A stretch of 64,000 nucleotides of DNA. Origin: a virus. Below, piece by piece: positions 15,001 through 24,000 of the stretch. The DNA is taken from the IMG/VR virus record IMGVR_UViG_3300030333_002570, positions 66,093-130,092 of that record, one strand, 5' to 3'. The notes beneath the pieces were generated by a model, which did no database searches, was not told where the DNA came from, and worked only from the letters and a program-made list of their open reading frames with translations. Position numbers and translations under genes: made by a program. Within the stretch, counting starts at the first letter, position 1. Every line of letters starts with the position of its first letter.

Positions 15001-18000
15001 TCCAACTGGAGGATCCTACGATGGAACCACAGGTAAGTTAAGTATTACTATTGGTGCTAATACACTTGAAGTTGGTCAGCATGTTAAGATTGCTCCTAAC
15101 GGAATTTCATTCACATGTGCAATGGATGGTGGTCAATCTGTTAAGTCCTATCCAAGAACAACTGACCCAACATATAATCAAACTCTTCCAATTCTTGAAA
15201 GAAGTGATACTGCTATTACTGTTGATGTTGGTAAATCACCTTATGTTTACTTTGATGTTTCTGCTGCTACCTACAACCCAACATCGGGTGTCATGGTACT
15301 TACAATCGGAGATCATGGATTAGCTGCTAATACAAGTATCAGACTTAAAGATAATTCATTAACCTTTAGTTGTGATCAAGGTGGAACTGTTGGAACTGGA
15401 ACTTATCCTAGATCTGGTGGTGCAGACTACGTTTATCAGAAAGCAATTAATATTGATTCTGTAACTGATACTACAATCACAATTAATGTTAACGGTGGTC
15501 AAGGTGCTATTACTAATACCAATGCTCATACATTCGTAAGTGCTATACCTGGTGCAGTTATTGCTGGTGGTGCTTGGGCTCATACTTATTCTACTGCTGC
15601 AGCAAATGCAGTTTCAGTTGGTGGTAACTATACTCATACGTTTAAGTCTGCTTCTCCTAATGGTATAACAAGAGCTGGTGAAACACTTAGAATTATTAAA
15701 GATGGTATATCATTTAAGTGTTCACAAGATGGATATCAAACAATTCATTCATATCCTAGAACAGATGATCCTGGATATAATACTTCTCTACCAATCTATA
15801 ATGATGGTACTGCTTATACTGCATCTAATGCAGCATATAATGCATCAACTGGAGAAATGGTCATTACTATTAATGGACATGGATTTACAACCAGTGATCA
15901 AATTAGAATTGAAAATAATTCATTAACATTCACTTGTGTTAAAGATAGTAATACATCTACCCATAGTTATCCTAGAGATAATGATCCATTCGTTCGTAGA
16001 TGGTTAAGAATTACTGCTGTTACTGAAAATACATTTACTGTAAATGTAGGTAAAGCATCTTCCTCAACTCAACAGTTCTCACATACATTTGCTTCTGCTA
16101 CTAAAAATGGTATTGTTAAACGTGATAATACTGTTACTGTTAACGTTGGTGCTATTCCAACTAAGAGTTTCACACCGACTGCATCAACATATAATCCTTC
16201 AACTGGTGCTTTAGCATTAACTATTGGATCACATAGTCTACCAGCTCCAACCACACATACACCAACTGATGTTGCGTACAATCCAACAACAGGTATTATG
16301 ACTTTGACTATTAATGGTCATAACTTCTCTAATGGTGAAAAGATCAAGATTGCTGATGGTGGATTGAAGTTAAGTTGTGCATTTGGTGGTGCTTCTGGTG
16401 CTGCTGCACAGAAAGATTATCCACGTTCAACTGACCCAATTAGCGGTAAGTGGATTCCTATTAAGAATGTAACTACAAATACTTTTGATGTCCAAGTTCT
16501 AGATGTAATACCTTCTACAAACACTGATGCTCATTCATTTGTATCTGCTGTTACTGGATGTATTAGTAAAGCAAATGCAACAGTTAAAATTGCTGAAAAT
16601 TCATTAGTTTATAAGTGTGCTGAAGATAGTAATGCTACAGAACATGCTTATCCAAGAAGCAATGTTGCTACTCATACAGCTGGACCAGGGACAACTTATA
16701 ATCCTGTTACAGGTGTTCTGAAGCTTAGTGTTCCTACAGAAAGTCATACACCTTCTACAGCAACATATAATCCTTCAACGGGTGAGATGGTTCTAACTCT
16801 TGATTCAACTTCTGGAGCATTTAACGTTTCTAATGCAACTTATAACACCTCTACAGGTGATATGGTACTTACCATTGGATCTCATAGTTTAACTACAGCA
16901 AATAGAATTAAAATTAAAGAAGGATCTTTGAAGTTTGCATGTAACTTTGGTAATGATAATTATCAAACTCCAAAAGCATATCCAAGAGCTTCAGGTGCTA
17001 ATACTACTAATGGTGCTGACTATGCATTTAATACATTCCTACCAATTACCGCAGCTGATGCTACAACTATTACTGTCAATGTTAATGGTGGTCAAGGTTC
17101 TATCAGTAACAATAATCAGCATAATTTCTTAAGTGCTGATGCTGGTGCAGTTATTGTTGGTCATGGATTATCTGTTGGTGATAGAATTAAGATTGCTGAT
17201 GAATCATTAACCTTCAGTTGTGATCAAGGTGGAACTGTTGGAAATGGTTCATATCCTAGATCATCTAATGACTATGTTTATCGTAAGTGGATTAGAATTA
17301 GAGCAGTAACTGGAAATACTATTACTGTTAATGTTAACGGTGGACAAGGTGCTATTACTAATACCAATGCTCATACATTCGTAAGTGCTACTGCTAATTG
17401 TATAACCTCTGGTCATGGAATGACTAATGGTACTCCAATTAAGATAACTGATAGTTCACTATCATTCAGTTGTACTGAAGGTGAAGGTGGTACATATGCA
17501 TATCCAAGAGCAACTGACCCAGTTTCTAAGAGATGGTTATTCATCAATAATGTAACTGATTCTTCATTCGATGTTCAAGTTTTAGATACAATTCCTTCAA
17601 CTAATGTAACTTCACATACATGGATTAGTGCTGTTGCTGATGGTATTGTTGAAGGTGATCCTATTGTTGGACAAGCAGTTCCTGTTGAATCTGTAACTTC
17701 TACATCTATTACAATTAATCCTCTTGATGGTGATGTTCCAACTAACACATCTGCACATACATTTGAGAAGTTAAACACATATCAATTCCAACCATCTGCT
17801 ATTACCTACACTCCAACAACAGGTGTAATGTCAATAACATCTACATCTCATAAGATTGAAGAAGGTGATAAGATATTCATTAAAGATAATTCATTATCAT
17901 TTAAGTGTAATATGGGTGATGATGCTGGTCTTCATACTTATCCTCGTGAGACAGATCCAGTATCTAATAAGTGGATTACTGCTACTAACGTAACAGCTAA

Positions 18001-21000
18001 TACATTTGATGTTAATGTTGGTTCAACACCTAATGTCTTCTATACTCCTTCGGATGCAACATATAATCCAACTACGGGTATAATGAGACTTACTATTGGT
18101 AACCATGATCTTAGACCTGGTACTAGTGTTAAGTTAGGACAAGAATCATTAACATTTAAGTGTGCTCACGATTCTTATGCAACTAATCATTCATATCCAA
18201 GAAATACAATATTAAGTCATACTCCAACTGATGCTGATTATCATCCTGATACAGGTATCATGACATTGACTGTCAATAATCATAAGATGGGTGATGGTGA
18301 TTGGGTTAAGATTGCTGATGGTGCTGTAACATTTAAATGCACATATGGTGCTGGTATTCATACTTGGACTGGTGGAACTGCAACTGGTGCTGTTCAAGTT
18401 CAAGAAGCAGGTTTAGGAAACTTTGATGTTACTGCTGCTGACTATAATCCATTGACAGGTGATATGGAATTAACAGTCGGATCTCATTCTATTACAACTG
18501 GTAATACCGTTAAAATTGTTGCTAACTCATTAACCTTCAGTTGTGATCTTGATAATAATGCAACGAACCACACTTATCCTCGTGCAACTGACCCTGCATA
18601 TGATACTGCTCTTGCAATATCTGCTGTAACTGGTACAACTATAACAGTTAATGTTGGTGTAAGTTCACCTGGAACTGCATATCCTCGTGCTTCTGATCCA
18701 GTTAGCGGTAAGTGGATTAAGGTCTTTAACGTAACTACAAATACATTTGACGTTCAACTTTTAGATATTGTTCCATCAACTAATACAAGTATTCATACAT
18801 TTGTTTCTGCTGTTACTAATGGAATTAGTCAGAAGAAAGATAGTGCTTATGATTCTCCAGTTGAAATTGTTGATACTACTGCTACAACTATAGATCTTAA
18901 AGTTGTTAGAAAATTACCTTCTACAAATACAACAAATCACATCTTTGTGTCTGCTGCATCTAACGCAGTTATCTCAGGTGGTGCATATACACATACCTTT
19001 GTTACAGCAGACGCAGATGCTATTACTAGATCTATAGTACAAACTGGTGGTAATTATAATCATGTATTTGCATCAGCATTAACAGATGGTGTAGTTACTG
19101 GTGGTAACTATGTTCATACTTTTGTATCTGCTGCAACTAATGGTATTAAGTGTGCTGGTGATGCAGTTTATCTTGCTCCTGGATCTCTTACATTTACATG
19201 TTCACAGGATGGAAATGATAGACCTACTGCATATCCTAGAACTACAGATCCTTCTTATAATCAATTATTAGAGATTAAAGATGTAACTTCTGATACATTT
19301 ACTATTGATGTAGGTGCAGCTGCAGAGAAAGATCAATATACTCATTCATGGGTAAGTTCTTCTCAAGGAGCTGTTAAGAAATCTGATTACAATCTCAAAG
19401 ATTGTACTGATGTTCATACTACAGTCGGTAACTTAATTGATATACTTACAGATACATTAACAAATGCTAATGTATCACCTACACCTGTTGATCATTTAGC
19501 AAGTGTTACTAAGGTTCTACCACCATATAAGTTCTACGGTGCAACCGTTGACGCATATAATGATACTCCATTCCCTGTATCATATCATAGTGCTGCCAAT
19601 GATCTTATAGTTACTAATCAAATTGATGAAGATACTCAGTATAGATTCCGTGATGCTGCATACTTAATTCGTGCAAATAGTGGTGTTATCGTTGATAAAG
19701 CAGCATATGACATGCTACAACGTTATCCAGATCTTGCTATTAGTATGCCAAGAAATGCTAATGGAACATCTACAGATGGTACTGTTCGTTGTAAGCAAGA
19801 TTTACTTGAGTTTGTTAGTGCAATTGCTACTGACCTTGAAAATGGTGGTAATTTAAATACCATGAAAGCTGCTAAGTTCTATATTAGTCTTTCTGGTGGA
19901 TTACAACATATTCGTTTACAGGTATTCCAATCTGTTTATGCACATGATCGTTTAGGTGTATATCTTAAGCAAGCAGTTACTGGTGATTTAACATATGATA
20001 ATACCGATAATATCGTTGTTCGTGACTGGGGTATTACTGATAATAGTTCTAGTGGTAATTGTGCTAATGTTCAAACTGCTATTGACACATTAATTACATC
20101 AATTAATGATTTGATCGCACCTACAGATAGTGACCATGCACTTGCTGCAGATAGATTATACTTCAATAAAGATTTCCTTGCTGAAGAAATTACTGGTCTT
20201 ACAACTGCATATTTCACTTATACATTAAACGGTGTTAATTACTCAGCACTTACATATCCTGGATCTACTGGAGAGGCTACATGTCAGAGAGATATTAAGT
20301 TAATTTTAGATGGTATTATTTCTGATCTACAAACTGGTGGTAATGAAAGTACTGTTATTGCAATGGAGAAATATCTAAGTGCTACACTTCAGATTGAACA
20401 AGTGGATGATGAATTAGCAGCAACTATCTACGCTATTGATAGACTTAGACATCTTGGTCAATTTGGTATTAAGGATAAATTATTCTCACAAAATGAAGGA
20501 TCAGGTGCTGCTGATGAATATGAAGCAGTTCATACTAATAGAGCAGAGTATAGAGATGGTTTAAGTGATGCTGGTGGTATGAATGCGGTTGTATATCGTT
20601 ATCGTGATCTATGTGATATTGCAATTAATATACTTGCTCCTGGTGGTAAGGCAGCAAGAAGTGCTGTTAAGCAACTTAAGTACAACCAAAATTACTATAA
20701 GGAAGAGATAACCACACTTGTTAATACACAATTTGGAACTGGAACTTGGACTTATAATACATTCATTGATGAAATGGTTGGTAATACTGTTCATGATATT
20801 CTTACAACTGACTTTAATAAAACAAGGACTGCTTATACAATAGAATTAACTAGTACATTCAATGATTATGTTGTTGGTGAAACTGTTGTTTCTAGTAATG
20901 GTGGTAAAGCAACTGTATTAGAATGGGATGATGATGAAGAAATTTTATATACTTCATCATGGACTGGTAATAAGTTTGAACCAACTCAAACATTAGTTGG

Positions 21001-24000
21001 TGGAAGTTCTGGTGCATATGGAACTATTGCTGCTAATGGTGTTAGTGCTCCTTATACTTGGTATACAGAACCTGCTAATATTAAATCACTTAACACTGCC
21101 AGATTAATTACTTCTAATATTTCTGGTCAAGTTGCTGGAACTAATATAGCATCTAATCCAGAAAACTTTACAACTGGTTGGACAAACACTGGTATAACTA
21201 CATCTGCAGATCAACTTGAATCACCAGATAGTACAACAACTTCAGATAAGTTAATTGCTGCTGCTGTTGCTGGTGAACATTATATTTCACAAAACTTTGC
21301 TATTAGTGCTTATGAAACATTTGATAGTGATACAGTTAAGTTTGATAGTGCTACTGAAACATTTGACACTGGTGCTCTTGGAACTCAAACAACTCAGCAA
21401 TACACATTCTCAGTATTCTTGAAGAAAGGTGAATTTAATAGAGTTCGTGTTCAAATGGGTCTTGATACTGGAACTGTTGGAGAGCAATTAGCATTCTTCG
21501 ATCTTAATTTGAATGATGGTGTTATTGGTTCTATATTCACTCCTGGTAATGGTATTGTTATTGATGCATATGGTGTTGTTCCTTATGGTAATGGTTGGTA
21601 TAGAGCATATATTACTGGAACATTCTCCTTCGGATTCTCTCAGATACGTCCAATAATCTTTGTTAGAGATGCTTCTGGTGCATCAACCTATACTGGAGAT
21701 GCAAGTTCTGGTATTTACATCTGGGGTATGAAACTCTTTAAGGGTGTTCTCGATCCTTATCAATCTGTTGCTGGTCAAGTATTCTATGCTGATACAGAGT
21801 ATAACATTAAGACTTATGCATTAGATCTGTTACAAGATTATATGATTAAGGCACTTACTGGATCTTTAATATCTCCTTCAACTAATGCAGGATTCTATGC
21901 ATACTATGACAATACAATTAATACTGATTATAAGTATCGTTCTATTGAAAGATTAGTAAGATATAATTTAAATATTATCCGTGAGCAATTAGCAGTAGAT
22001 AGTTACTACACTGGTATTATCTCATTAAATGGTGTTTCTGTTCCTACTAAGACTTATGGTACTAGAAGCATTCCTGCAGGTATACAAGGTGGTTTACAAA
22101 ATTCAATTTATGTTTATGGTCTTCAAAGTAATGCTAATGCTGAAATTGAAACAATAACTGAAAATTCAGGTAAAGTTGTTCAAGTTTATCAGAGATTTAG
22201 AATTGATGGTGATATAACAGACGGACCATTTACTATGAATGAGACTGTTTCTAAACAGGGTGCTCCTTCTGTTACTGGTGTTGTTTATGGTTACTGGTCT
22301 GATGAAAACTACAAGTACCTAGATGTTAAGATTACTGCTGGTCCTTGGGCGGTTACAGATACCATTGTTGGTGCTCTAAACTCAACAACTGCTCAAATTA
22401 GTTTAATAGAAGATAGACTTCATATTATTGATGTTAAGGGTGAATTTGAGAATGATATTCCATTTAAGGGATATACAAGTAGTGCTACAGCATCACCTAC
22501 TGGATATATTAAGGCAGAGGCATCTGTTATTGACAATACTGGTGGAACCTTAACAGTTGATACTGAAAGTCTAACAGGATCATTTGAATCAACTGCTGTT
22601 GTTTATCCATCATCTTCTAGGAAATATATCGATGTTTCTAAGTATGCTGGTCTTGATATTACTGTTGGTGATAGAATTGCTTCTGGTGGATATAAGAGAT
22701 TTGGTGTTTCTGTTCTAAGTGGACTTAATCAATTTACTCAAGGTAATAGACTTTATAAGGTTGTCTCTGGTATTCAAGATACTAACACATACGGTATTAT
22801 CACCGAAGTTGATATTGATAATGGTTACATATATGTTGCGGAATATCAAGGATCATTTACTCAGGGTGATATTGTAGGTGACTATGGCACAAATGCTTCC
22901 TTCCCAGTTGGTTACGCATCAATTTTAACGATTGTTACTACTCAGGGTGCTGCAGCTGCATTAGTACAAGATGTTCGTGATATCGCATTGAATAAGAGAT
23001 TATATCTAACAGATATTGCAGGAACATTTGATGATAAAGATTATATCATCGGTCCTGATAATTATAGATCTGTAGTTGTTGGTATTACTGATCTTAAGGC
23101 ACGTGTTAAACGTTCCTTCAAGGGATTTGATGGAACAACAACTACGTTCCCATTAACAATTAATAACGGAACCACATACTTACCTGACTCTGCAGGTCAT
23201 ATGTTAATATTCCTTAATGGTATATTACAACCTCCAGGTGCAACTAACGCATATACAGCGTTCTCTAACCAGATTCAGTTTACTGAAGCACCAGATTTAG
23301 GTGCATCCTTCACAGGATTCTATGTTGGTAAGTTGAGACAGTTAGATGATATATCCTTTGAGTTTGACTCCTTACGTCAGTCATTCAACCTTAAGCGTAA
23401 TGAAGTATTCTACTCACTAACTCTAACTGAAGGTGTTCAGTCCAGTACAATTCTCCCAGAAAATAACATTATTGTTTCACTAAATGGTGTTGTTCAGGAA
23501 CCAGGCGTAGGTTTCGAGATCGTTGGTTCTAGAATTATCTTCTCTGAAATTCCTCGTGTGGGATCAACATTCGTTGCCTTCTCCTACGTTGGTTCTGAGG
23601 CAGACGTTGATGCTGCTGAAGTTGTACCACCAGTTGAACCAGGTGACTTTATTGACATCCAAGGTGAGACTTCAGATAGAGAAGTTGCTGTTATTGAATC
23701 TTCTAACTCCTTAATTACATTTGACTATCTTGGATCAGTCTTTGGTAAGGACGCACAAGGACAAGCAAATATTACTTCAGGAACTATTGAAACCGTTCAG
23801 GTAACTTCAGGTGGATCTGGTTATACAACTAGACCAACTGTTAGACTTGATTCTATATCTGGTTTTGATGGTAATGTTAAAGCACTAGTTGGTGTTGCTG
23901 GTGTTGAAATTAATAATCCTGGAAGCGGTTATCAAAACCCTGCTGTTGCAGTAGAAACAGTTGTAGATGATAACTGGACTGCTCCTGACTTAAGTCTATA

